Both the position numbers and the translations under genes were made by a program. Below the pieces are notes generated by a model that searched no databases, was not told the DNA's origin, and saw nothing but the letters and a program-made list of their open reading frames with translations. From contig NW_027266308.1 in the NCBI RefSeq assembly GCF_022045235.1, positions 52,762,001 to 52,826,000 of the forward strand: a DNA stretch of 64,000 nt, written 5' to 3'. Numbering within the stretch: position 1 is the first letter of the stretch; each line of letters starts with the position of its first letter. Origin of the DNA: Haliotis cracherodii. Taxonomy: Eukaryota. This document shows, piece after piece, positions 1-12,900 of the stretch.

Positions 1-1108
1 AGGTTTAAGGGAGGTTTAAGTTTCAACTAGACTGATAGGGGCGTATAGTTGCCCCCCAAAGAGACAAGGCACAGTAATAATATTACCTTTATTCCTGTGT
101 TGTTAAGGAGTGAGTTATCCGTGGCTTTATATTGTCCATCGATGATCTGAGCCATACATTTACCGCTGGTGAGAGTGTCGCTCTTATGGATCATTGTTGA
201 CCAGGAACAAGGTGAATATATCATGGAAATATTTTATAATATTCTTTTTGTTGCGATATTATGTAGGTTATACACTTACTATTATGCCTTCTCTATTCTA
301 AAAAATGTAGAAACTTAGTTGCAGTAAATCAAGATGAATATGTTCTAACTTTGCGATACACCATATGCTAACATGCTAGAATAGCAAAGAGGACATATCT
401 TCAAGCATAGAAACAGCATAATTCCTATGGGACACTACATGTACAACGTTTGCGTTGTTGGCAGATAATATTAATCTGGTTATATTACCTTCATGAAACA
501 TCACAATCGACCCATGTCAATGCCGATTTATACAAATATGTACCAACAGATGCATGTTTTCATTTTCAACCCCCGCGTCGCAACTTTGTTTTTAACCAGG
601 GGTGGATTATTTTAACATGTATTTCCACACATCCAAGTATCAACTGGATATTGCGCACGGTGGCTATCGTGTCTGTACAGCTGTGTGTGTATGTGTGTGT
701 GTGTGTGCGTGCGTGTGTAATATTATACTTCCTTTTTGGTTTTCGAGTGCATTTTAGATGTCACTGTATTGTACATATATGAATTGCTGCAAAAGAGGCA
801 ATTTGATAGCAGGGACAAGAACGTTTTTCCTCGGAATGCGAAGATGGGCTATAGTATGTAAATAAACTTGTCAGCAACAACAAAAAGGGGGAAAACCGCG
901 TCGCGCGTCATTTCAGGCCAAAACCCAAAGACCATAAACTTTAAATTTTTGGGTGGCCTTAACTCGCTTTTTAAAACCAGCGGTGGTTCCGGGGACCAAT
1001 TATTAACCCAAAACTGACAGGTGGATTTTCTTCCAGGTGGTCTAGTACATGAAAAGTTAGGAATGTGATACACTGCAGTCTACACACAGTGTTCACCAAG
1101 AGTTCATC

Positions 1109-1252
1109 ATGAGAGGAGCCATGGCGGAATATTTGGTGTCTCTCCTCCTGATTCTGATGCCTCTGTTGGGTGTGGATGCTCAGACTAAACACTTTACTGG
1201 AGGATCAGTGAGCTTCAAGTTCGTCGATACATCGAAACCAACAGAGTATAAG
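1109..1252 (+). CDS. Gene A exon 1: signal peptide plus HFTGGSVSF motif
   Basis: Translates [48 protein letters not shown], then GTATAG donor. Hydrophobic core ending in V-D-A. Confidence 0.85.
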
Positions 1253-4200
1253 GTATAGGCTTTATAATCACGTTTATGTTGTTATAAATGAGATGTACAT
1301 CTCTAGGCCGTATACACATATTTGCAAGTATTCTTGCTAGTCTGTTTTTATTATCACTACATTCCGCAAAATATTGCACAAACAAACGACATATATCCGA
1401 TAATGAAACTGATATTCAGCCATACAGGTGACAGTGATAGAGATTAAACTATCATGAGAGGAGCTATGGGGGAATCTTTGGTGTCTCTCCTCCTCATTAT
1501 GCCATGTGGAGAAATAATTTAAGTTTCATATACAAAAGCATTGCAGGAATAATATTGGCTGTTGCTTCGAACGAGGTATGTCATTGTCATTATACAGTAA
1601 CGGACATGAATACTCATTTTGCATGTTTTAACTTACTTACTTTAAAGGGGGTGGGGAGGGTCACGTATGGCCCAGTCGTCTAAGGCGCCGCGATTCGCTG
1701 TGCAGTGTTGCGTCCCTTGGGTACGCAAGAAACCTTTGATTGTGGGTTCGAATCCCGCTTCGTCCCGATTATGTTTCTAGGTTTGTCAGCACCATACCCG
1801 TGCTCGTGGGTTTCACCGCAGTGGTAAACGTCTGAGACCTGCATCACTTCGGGCTTTCCTCCCATATTAAGCTGACACGCCGCGATATAACTGGAATAAT
1901 GTTAAAAGCCGCGTTAAACCCCACTCACTCACTCACTTACTTTAAAGAGAATGTAAGAGACTGATATTTGAATTAATTTTCATTTGTACAAACATCCTAC
2001 GTCAATGGTTAAAGAATCAGTTAGCCATAACATGCACGGTGATCGACCGTTTTGTTCAAATTGATCAGGTTTCTAAACATATCCCTCTTCCAGATCCAAT
2101 TAACGATTGTTACCGGGTGGACGTTGGGTCAAGGACCTTGTGGCGAACACTGTTCGATTAATGACGTCGGAGGGAGCACAGTTGTAACTCGAAATCATAT
2201 GTTAGACATGAATGGCGATGTATATTTTGGAAACTGGAGTTCGGAGGCTGCATTCCCGAATAGTAGCGTCACTTACAATCTGATCACTGACAAAGTATCC
2301 AAGAGACTCACTGGCGAAGTAGCAGCCGTAAATGTGCCCCTCGGGTGGGAGCAGGAAATAGCGGAGGTCATTCTTGAAGTCGATCCATTACGACAGTATA
2401 CAGATATTGTGTAAGTATAATCAACTTGTTATTTACTGTCAAATTATTACATATAATACTACGTTTGTCATCTTGTTCAGAAGGTGAATGTACGACTGTA
2501 TTTTAAGATAGCTTGCACCAATGCTCAATCTATTGTTCGACCAAAGTCGCCCAGATGAAAAATTCTTTCTGCATCTTTATTTGGTCAATAATGCATGCAT
2601 TCATATGTAATCGGATGATGATGTTCCCCGTGATTTGAATTTTTACTTCTTTCGACTATATAAATAAGGCGAAGCACTTGGTTTGATTCCCAACATTGGT
2701 ACACGCACTTGTATGCAGGCCTCTTATGTGGATTTGTCGCCTTTTTGTTTAATACATTTTTTTATTCAAATAACGACAATGCGGCAACGCGACAATGCGA
2801 AAAATGGCCAACATGTCGCATTGTCGTGGTTCGGTTATTTTTTTTCACTTATTGCTTGTTTTTGTCAGGTCGACGATGCGACAACTCGACAATGTCCCTT
2901 CTAGGATTCCATAGTAAGGGGATACAAGTGCTGATTCGATGTACTTACGTCCATACAATGTATCAGAATACATATATGATGAAGGAAATAATCTTTGTAT
3001 AAACACCATGGGTTATTGTTATAAAATGATTGTACCTTGATATAGAGAGGATGTTTCTTGTGTCGAGTGAAATATCATGTTGTAGAAATAGTCCCTCCCT
3101 CCCCCCTTTCTCCCCCCCCGGTCACGAGATGAGAGAAACATGATATTTCACGAGACACATGAAATATCCAATTTAATATATACTTTTTGTGTAGTTTTCG
3201 CCCGGAAAATTAAATCTTTTCATTACAAATGTAAAATCTTGAAACGTAAATTCTCCCTACCTAACGCACAGGGACGATTCACCAGTTTTAAAAAAAAAAG
3301 TATCAAAAGATATTAAGGGTGACGAAAATTCTTTGTTATAACAAAAATGGCACTTTGCGAAACGAACAGTCTCGATTGACGAGTTAAATGAGAACTTAAC
3401 AGTGATATTAACTCCATAAATGACCATCTGACCATCATTATTTTGCCTTCTTTTGTAACGTAAAAAAGACAGCAACAGTTTGTGTACGGGCGGGACACTT
3501 ACGATTTAGGGAGACAATATAAGGGGAGGTAACCCTTGTATGACAATACTTCCGTCAAAGTGTTACGTTCACTGCAGTGAAAGATCAAATTTCATGTTCA
3601 CTGCAGTGAAAATATCATTTTTTTCAACATAGTCTTTCACACTAAAGTACATAATAAAAATTATTTTAATGTCATTGAAAAAATGCACGGTTCTGATCCA
3701 ACTTAATATATCAACAGGCTGCACGGTTACTCCTGGAAAGACTTTGACTATGGTTACACTGGCGACACAAGATTTCACCTTCAAGTCAAGATTAAGGCAC
3801 AGGAACGCAATGATACAGGGCAACCGAACAACAGCCCTGTTGCGATGTTTAAGCCTACATACAAGTAAACCAATACTAATATAGTGTGCTTCATTAAGTA
3901 TAACTGATCGGTCTTTTCCCAAATATGAAATGAGCTCTTCGATGGCATGACAATTGCTCCCACAATCTCTCATGGCCCATATTATAATGTTCGTACTATA
4001 TGCTTTCAAAGTATGAGATACAAAGTGTGAGAAGTAAGATAAGTGTTGACGTCAAAACGTTTGTATGTGAAACTAAATACAACACATACTATAGTTTGCA
4101 CGTGCCTCACGCTGTAGCGTCACACACGTGCGTTGGGTGCCATTCCTGATTTTGACACTTTCAAGGAAGGTCGATTAATTTCTGTGGACCATTTTTTCTG

Positions 4201-6964
4201 TCAATCTTCTGATTCTCATACTTGATTTCATCTACATCGAGCGGAGCCTCTATGGGCTATTGGCATGCTGATTACATATGGAAATTGTCGGAAGCCTGCG
4301 TGCAGTGGCCAATACATTCAATGTTTCTGTCTGTGATGAGCAGACAATGGATCGGGTGCCAACAAACCCAAACTAGAGCGTCCCAGGTCAACAACAAGAG
4401 TACAGGATCGCTTGATCAGAAACTAGGCATTACGAAATCGAGCTTAATCTTATTGCTGCAAACTTTCATCAGGCTACCGGGTTACTAGTTACGGGTCAGA
4501 CTATTAGATATCGTCTTCATGCAGGTCACGTGTCATGTTTTCAGAGGAGATTAGTCCCGATTCACTTTGATTGGTGTGGTCCTGTCTGGCGATGTCGACA
4601 TGACATGAACCTCACCACAACATTCATAGACATGTCCAGCAATGAGCCCAGACCTTTCCCTGTTGAACATGGTTGGGCCATGATAAGGAGTCGTGTGCGT
4701 CAATGTCATAGGTCACCGAGAGCGTTCACTGAACTTAGCCAGGCGCAGCAAGAGGAGTGGGACAACGTCCCTTGCAATGTTTGACAAATCGTGGCGGTGT
4801 TACGCACTACTGATCCAAAAACGTCAACTTCCGCCCAGAGAGCGGAAGGTCCGGGGTTCGATCCCCGGTCACGTCATATCAAAATACGTTAAAAGATGGT
4901 ACTTGTCTGGCGCTCGGCATTAAGGGACTAATGTTTCTGAGTGGGGTATTCGTGTTAAACTGCAGCATGGTTACTCAGTGAGCTAGCAATATAAATCGGC
5001 ATCAGCCCGGACTAGTACAAGCAGCCACACAAACACACACACACGTACATGCACGTCGCTATATAAGTGCAATAGTCTTGGACGCGACGTTAAACCCCAT
5101 TTCACCTCACACTTACTGTCATACTTCACTACCGTTCGTAATGTGTTCCAAATTCGTTCACTATTATTATATAACTATTACTAGAAAGTAACGTCTCTTT
5201 CTATTTGGAAATGTAAAGTTATTTTCGAGTGTTTCCTCATTTTTTGAAGAGTATATAATGCTTCCAAGTCATTGATATGTGCATACCTTCAAGTACTCAC
5301 ACATCGTGAACTCATATCACCATTAACACAATAAACAGAGTTGTGTTCTGTGTATTGATGTTCATTGAAAGATACATTTGTAAGCAAATATTGATTTTTG
5401 AAAGTTTTGAAACGCATAAATGTCTGATTATAAATTTATGTCTTCCAGAATTCTCTTGAACAGCGTAACCGTCATCAAACTCTCCACCATGGACAAGGAT
5501 GGGGATTTTGTTCAATGTCAGTTAGCAAAGTTCATAACAGCTGGTGGTCTCCCGAAGCCACGTAACACGACCATAAATAAGGTAACAGAATATGTTCATG
5601 AGATACACTTCAGAGTAAATTTTCTTCAACATAAATAACTCTGGAGACAAGGAGTATATGCGTACCTTTTAGTTCATGTGAACTATTTAATAATGGTATC
5701 ATAAGGTTATGCCGGTCAAAAGAAAGTAGAAATTGATGGATAGTGAATAGGTGTAAATACCTTTGCCGAAGGAAACCGTATCCCGTTTGAAAATCGATAG
5801 CTCAAACACACCCAAAATCATCTGATTGTAAGACGCCCTCGTCGTGCATTTTGAGAAAAATTATTTTCGAGCATTTGTACAAAACGTGTTTTTACGATAT
5901 GGTGAGATGAAAAAGCACAGAGGGTACAGAAAGCAAGAGGGTGAATGCCAAAAATATCACAGTTCATAAAAGCGCGCGAGGATAAATGGCAAGGATATCA
6001 GCCGAGAAATATAGAATGATCTTGAAATGGCGCTAATGAGTAGCTGACTGAACCAGCGAACTGACCATTGCCAGACTACTGGGCACACAAGGGACAGTCC
6101 AGGAAGTGGAAGACTTTGTGTTACCATCCTATAAGAGGACCACCATCTGCACACGTTACATCTGCGGTTGACGCTTCCCGCCGGCGTTGACGGACTAGGA
6201 CGCCACATAGGACTCACATTGTCAATACCATTACGTACTGAAGGAACCCCACAGCAGAATGTCCGTGAACCGTCAACATTTGCAAATAGACGTCATTGGT
6301 CTCCTTCGTGCGACGCTGGCAGCGATTGAGCGAGTGAGTTAAAATTTAACGTCACATCGGCATTATTTCAGCCATACAGCGACGAGAACAATTTAATATA
6401 TATATATATATTTGAGTCATGAATACAAAGTTATATTAAAAATCAAATTGTTGGCAGTGATGTGATTCATACTGGTTAGTAATGTGGGCAATTCAACTCG
6501 TTCCATCCTGATCGGCGGATGCGGGAATTTATCGACAGATAGGTGAACGATTGGCTCTAGGATGCACTTCTTTTCACCATCCATGGACATTTGAACTCCA
6601 AGCGTAACACGGATGTCATTCATTCGTCACAAATCGCCCCTTTCCGTAACCTGCAAGAAAATGAATGTTATGTGCGAAAAAACGACAAATCAATCAGAAT
6701 ACGCGTATGATTTCAAGTTCTTCGTCAAAGAATCCCTCAGGAATAATTTCTGTTTTCAAATATGTCTTGCATCTACAACTATTGTATATACGTCCGTGGT
6801 TCTACCATACTGGATAATTTCGCATGTCCTGATGTGCTTTAAATTGCGTCTGAAATATAAATAATATATGGGGAAATATATTTGAACCATTGCGCAACGA
6901 GTTGACAATTGTTTTAGGTATGCCCGTTTGCGCTAAGACGGAACCCGGTTGCAACACACACACA

Positions 6965-6998
<34 letters not shown>

Positions 6999-9900
6999 TC
7001 ACACACACACACCACACACACACACACAATATAATAATGGAACATCCCATATCGTTGAAAGTTTCATCAATTTCACGAAGCGTAAGACGTATATCCAAAA
7101 TATACATTCTCATTATATAGAGGGGTATCATAATGAATAAGAAGCTTATTCTGAGTAGATACAACAAAACAATTATACATATATTTTAACTTTACATCAG
7201 CATAATCCTGAGAAGATGCTGGAGCCTTTATATCTTGTTTGCACTGTTGAAGCTTATCATCTGAGTGTGAAACTTCAGAGCACAAACTCATTCTCTCGTT
7301 ATCAATTTTACCTCTGATGACATGCTTAACAGACCAGAAGAAAGACGTTTGATTAAATTAGCAAACTTTGCAAACTTTGACTCTGATAAGTTTCTTGTCT
7401 GTGAAGAACAATTGTAAATTTAAATATTTTTCATTGCCATTCAGAAGTTCAGATTGATCATTCACTGATTATTTTGTACGAAAACCTAAAATGACAGATG
7501 AATAAAACAACATAAAAAATGGCTATGGCATTGTTCTCTTTTTTAATCCATTTCCTAGACTGCCTTCACTTTGGCCAATGTTGTATCCTACATCCTGACC
7601 ATCAGACCAGGTCATGTTGTTATAAACTGTAGGCACATTTGGAAGCTACCTTGATGCCTTTATCGACACGATATTTGAAGAAGAAGTCCTGTTGACCATT
7701 ACATGTGATAGTTATAATCCTCGATGTGTTTGATCGCTTCTTGCTAATTCATCACAAGTGCCAATGACATTGATTATATGATTTAACTTCAAAATATTTT
7801 TCAAATGAAATGTGTCCATTTCGTCGTTTTCTCTTTATAAGCAATCCAAGTCGATGTATACATTCTTTTGTTCAGTAGTGTACTAATGCAGTGGCTTTCC
7901 ATCTTGATTTTTTGTAGACTCAGACGGTAGTATTTGGATTCTGTTTTATTTTTCAGGACTGCAGCATAGAAATCAGTGCCTATGAATCTGATCACTTCTT
8001 TGATGGAGGATGGGGCGCGCTACCTGTTAAGATCAGTGACTTTAACACCAAACCTATAAGCATCAAGGGGTATAGTCGTCCAGTTATACCAGTTGGATCA
8101 CAGTCTCTCAGTGATATAACGGTTCAGGTAAGCAACTCATCGTTAGTTTAGTTTAACAGGCAGTTGACCGTGGACGACATCATAACATTTTGTTCTGATT
8201 CATGATTTCAGTTCATGATACAAACTCTGAAAATCATAGAGGCGCCTGAATTTGTGGACCCCACAAAGAGTAGTCAACATGTGTTCTACGTTTATGTTGG
8301 TTCAACACTGGAAATACCTCTCCATGCTAAGCCATATGATACGACCAAAAGGTACGTGATGTGATTCTCACTATGTCTTTTGTTCGCACTATACTTATGA
8401 ACCTAGTTTCCGGATCTCGCATGTCCTCTGACGACGTAACCGAACGATTATGTTTTTAATAAGAGGGTTGTTTCTTATTCCAGTGAGATTTCTATCTTCA
8501 ATTTGAGATCAATTCCAAGGAGATCATTTCCTATACCACCACTGCAATATGACACAAGTCGCAAAAGTGATGGCATCAAATATGCACTAGTGAAATGGCG
8601 TCCAGAGATAGCAGATGTTGGCACCTATGTCCTCAGTGCATTGGTAACGGATAACTTGGGGTAAGGATTATTCTGCTTTAGTCGTTCTGTTAGTCTTTTA
8701 TTCCACTGCATTTTCTCTTTACACAATGTCGCTCTGTAATATGGGACGAACTTTCGACACAAACGTTTTAAATTATAATCAGTCAAAATTACGGAATCTT
8801 AAACCTTATGTGAGGCTGTCCATTATCATACACATGAGCGTGTGGAGACCATGTTTGGATTTCTCGACGGTCCACGTCGAAATGGGTACTTGAACTTGAG
8901 GATTCCAAAGAGCGTCACACGACTCTTGCTAAAACCGTGTTTGGTAAGGGGGATACAACATTCAAGGACTGAGTAAAGCTTTCAAAAAGCTATTTGGTAG
9001 ACTTGTCGCGGACATTCCCAATTTTGACGAATTAGTGACAAAAATGTTGTCTGATGCATTTACCAGTGTGCTGGAGATTATGTCAATGTGAGTGTCAATC
9101 AAGTGTGGCCTACTCCTTTTCAATCACTTCCTTTGCATACTCAACGGCCATTGCCTGGAACACCTCCGTGACTGCAGTGAACTGCCTACTTTAAGCTCAC
9201 AACTCAAATCCTGTCTCTTTGGACTTTCTGTCTCCAAATGGTTTTCTTATTGTTAAGCGCTTTGAGCAAGCACTATGCATGGATATATGCGCCATACAAA
9301 TGGACTAATATTATTTGCGTACCCAAAATGATCTATTTGTGACCCGCTCAGAGTCTAACTTGATAAATGTAGTTTGTTGGTAAATAATCTTGATGGATCC
9401 TCATCCGATTGTTCATTGTTCAAATTGCCGATTGCCGGGGAGAAAACATTACAAAGATGTTACATTGGATGTTAGTTATTTAGTTAGTTAGATTGTAGAC
9501 CCCATGGGAATTCCGAGTTAAAACAGGTCGTTCTACCCGACGGCGTGGATGGTTTCTCACGATTCCAATCCTGGTTTTGTCAGGTCAAGACTCGACTATT
9601 TACAGGCCACCGTCACTCAGAAGGCAGGTTGCGGATTGTTAAAAAAATCGTAGACTCTGAGCTAAATGAATAAGAAAATAATATGGATAAGCCGGTCGAA
9701 TTATATCAAGTCGGCTAACTGCTCCTTCGATTTGAAGTAGACTTGACATTCACCAATGATTGAAAAACACGATGAAGTGTCAAATGTGGATGCATTCTAT
9801 ATACACTTTTTTATAAACATGTTTTTATTCAGCAATCGCATTCTTTATATTTTTCAGAAATGACGGACATGATAGGAATTACAACATCATTGTCAGAGGT

Positions 9901-12900
9901 GAAACATCGTCTGCAGATAGTAGATAAGTTTCTAAGCGTGAAACAGTAAGACGATGAGTTGTGATATAATAAAAATTCCACGTACATCTTCGTGACCAAC
10001 ATAATCTCCATTTTATATATAATGTCTCAGTCTAATATTAACTATCGTACATCTGTGTTCACGTTTATATTCACATATAATGTTTCTCTGCTTCGTATAG
10101 ACCTTAACTTCACAACTCCTGATGTTGGTACGTTGGTAAGTATACAGAGTCCCATTAAATAGTTCTAGTTCATTTTGAGGCGGCCGGGTAGCCTTGTGGT
10201 TGAAGCGTTCGCTCGTCACACCGAAGATCCGTATTCGAGACACGACATGGGTGTCCCCCGCCGTGATATTGCTGGAATATTGCTAAAAGCTGCGTAAAAC
10301 CATACTCACTCACTCACTCTAGTTCATATTATGTTCCTAAGGGCCCGACAATATGATATTGAGGAGGAGGGAGCTCAGCCCCTTAAAACACACGAGTGAG
10401 TGAGTTTGGTTCAACGCCGATTTGAACAGTGTTTCAGTTGTATCAAGGCCTGTCAGAAAGTCCGAACTGATGCAGATCATAGAATTTTACCACTTTGGTG
10501 TTTCCGGCACTCCTAAGGAATGCAACTCAAGTATGCTCTGAAAACTATGCTTAACAAATCAAGAGATGTATTTATGCACTATTGATATATCAATAACTAT
10601 ACACCATTGTTTACAATGCCTAAAACAGGACGTAGATCCAATTTGCTGACGTGCAAAGACCTGCGCATATCAGATGTTTTCTGTGCAATGAGATGCCCGT
10701 TTCTGGATGTGCCCAATGAAAATAAAACTTTTAGCATGCTAGATATACAATAATTTGTGGTAGAATTGCTGTGAACCTATGAAACGTCATTATGGACATG
10801 ATGTGCCCAGTGATTGTAGAAATGTCTTTTTCTTTCTTTTCAGACTCAACCCTTCTTTACATTATTCCCCACTGATATTGTAATACGGTGCCTACAGAAT
10901 TCAACATGTTCCTTCCCTATTTACTCTACAACTAGACGCGCTGGGTAAGATGATTGCTTTTTAAAAGGGTAACAAATATGCGGATAATATAACGCAAACA
11001 ATCAATTTCTCTTGTAAATGTAGTTTGTAATGTATATATATTCTAAAACCAAACTATGATGTCACTCAATACATAATATGTTTCAAGTTATATATGACCT
11101 CCCAGGTCCGGAACTGAAACTGTTTACGAAACAATTATAAGTGCATTACTATCAAGAATGGATATGTTGATAACGCACAACAGGCCTTCCGAAGACATCT
11201 TTTAATGATATCATGGGAATCTTGCATGTATCTTAAGTAGCATTAACCATTACGACGGTGTATGAAGTCCAATCTTATGCACGTTTACACGTACGTTAAT
11301 GGAAGTAGGATTTCTTGTTTCACGCCTTAGCTGAATTTGTTTACTTTCAGATTTTACCAACTGTAATTTGATTGTGCCCTCATTTTACCTGACGACGTTG
11401 TCTATCAATCACGTTGCCAAATACGACGCCTTTATAATTTGAATACTAACGTCTCGTTTAAGATTATTGCATTCATAATGCGACGTGCATGCACGTGTGC
11501 GTGTGTATGTGGCTGCTTGTTCTAGTCCGGACTATTGCGATTTTAAAGTGCTAGCCCACTGAGATACCATGCTGCAGTTTAACATGAACACCCCAGTCAT
11601 TATACCCACTCCAAACCGACTTATTTTAGCCTCAAAAGCGCCAGGAAGTGTAACAACAAGTCTTTTTCAAATACCAAATGTCATATATAGAGACTAATCT
11701 CAATAGTTCATGGTATAAAACGTTGTACTTTGCAGAGGACGAATACGATCTGTGAAATATTTAACTTCGACTATCAAGAAAACGCAAATTTCGTCGCCTG
11801 TCAAAGTGACCAAGAATACACAAGTAATGTTTGAGACTGATGTAACAATAACATCTGATCAGGTTGGCGGACAAAGAATATGTTTCCAGGCGTATGACGA
11901 CCAAGGGTAAGGAGAAATATAAATCTATTTAATAGTTATAGACAGCACAAAGTTTTTTTATCTCGTGAATATTCTTCACGTTCATGTTGTAAGCAAGAGC
12001 ATACAATATTTACATTCCACTAATTTTAACAAAATATAAATACTTTACAGGACAACGTCTGAGAGGAAATGCCTTGGGGTCACTATGGAAATTGATGGTC
12101 AGTTTATGTTGATATTACTCTGATGATACTGATGTCATTGTATTGAGGGAGGATTTAACAGCGACAAAATCTGAATTCTTTATCATATATTTTGGTTATT
12201 GTGCTTCAGAAGCACTGTGGCGACAGTGTTATGAAAACAATAAAACGTCTATATATTCTATGTTTGAAGGAAATTGTGTTTATGTTACATTATTAAATAA
12301 AGACTTCTGTTATTTGTAACTTGTCATAAGTACAATTGTTTAACAAAAAAGTAGGGTATAAAACGCTATGGCATATGAACTGCATTGAATGGTAGGATTC
12401 ATATGTCATCTGTGGGAGGTTTAATTAACTTACCTTTTTGTAGATCCGTGCAAGTCAGTTCCGTGTAATTTCGGCTCATGTAAAAGCAACGGCTCAACCT
12501 TCAAATGTATTTGCTCACTCGGATACACTGGCGATTTTTGTGATAGAGGTAATTATTAATAACTTGTAACAACTAATTTCCGCTCAGCAATGGAATTTCA
12601 GACATACCACCACTATCCACTCATTAATATGGTTTGATATGAATATTGTCTGTTACATTTCTAGCTCTGGAACAATAAACGCAGTATATATCGTTAATGC
12701 AAAGTTTCCAAGATGATTTTTTTTATTCAGTGCTTATCAAATATATGTAATTGTGTGCACTTATATTAAGGTCATAGTACGCATGTACACAATAGCCATA
12801 ATGAATGTATCGGCATCATTACATAATATCTACACCATCCCTTGTGTTCTAACTGGCGCAATATTCATCAGATGTGGACGAGTGCCTGAGCAATCCATGC

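Noticed and set aside
6802-7167. CV/HT-repeat ORFs
   Set aside because: (CA)n microsatellite artefacts.
5700-7800. Possible decayed element in gene A intron 4
   Set aside because: Fragmentary frames with no motif or termini I could identify.
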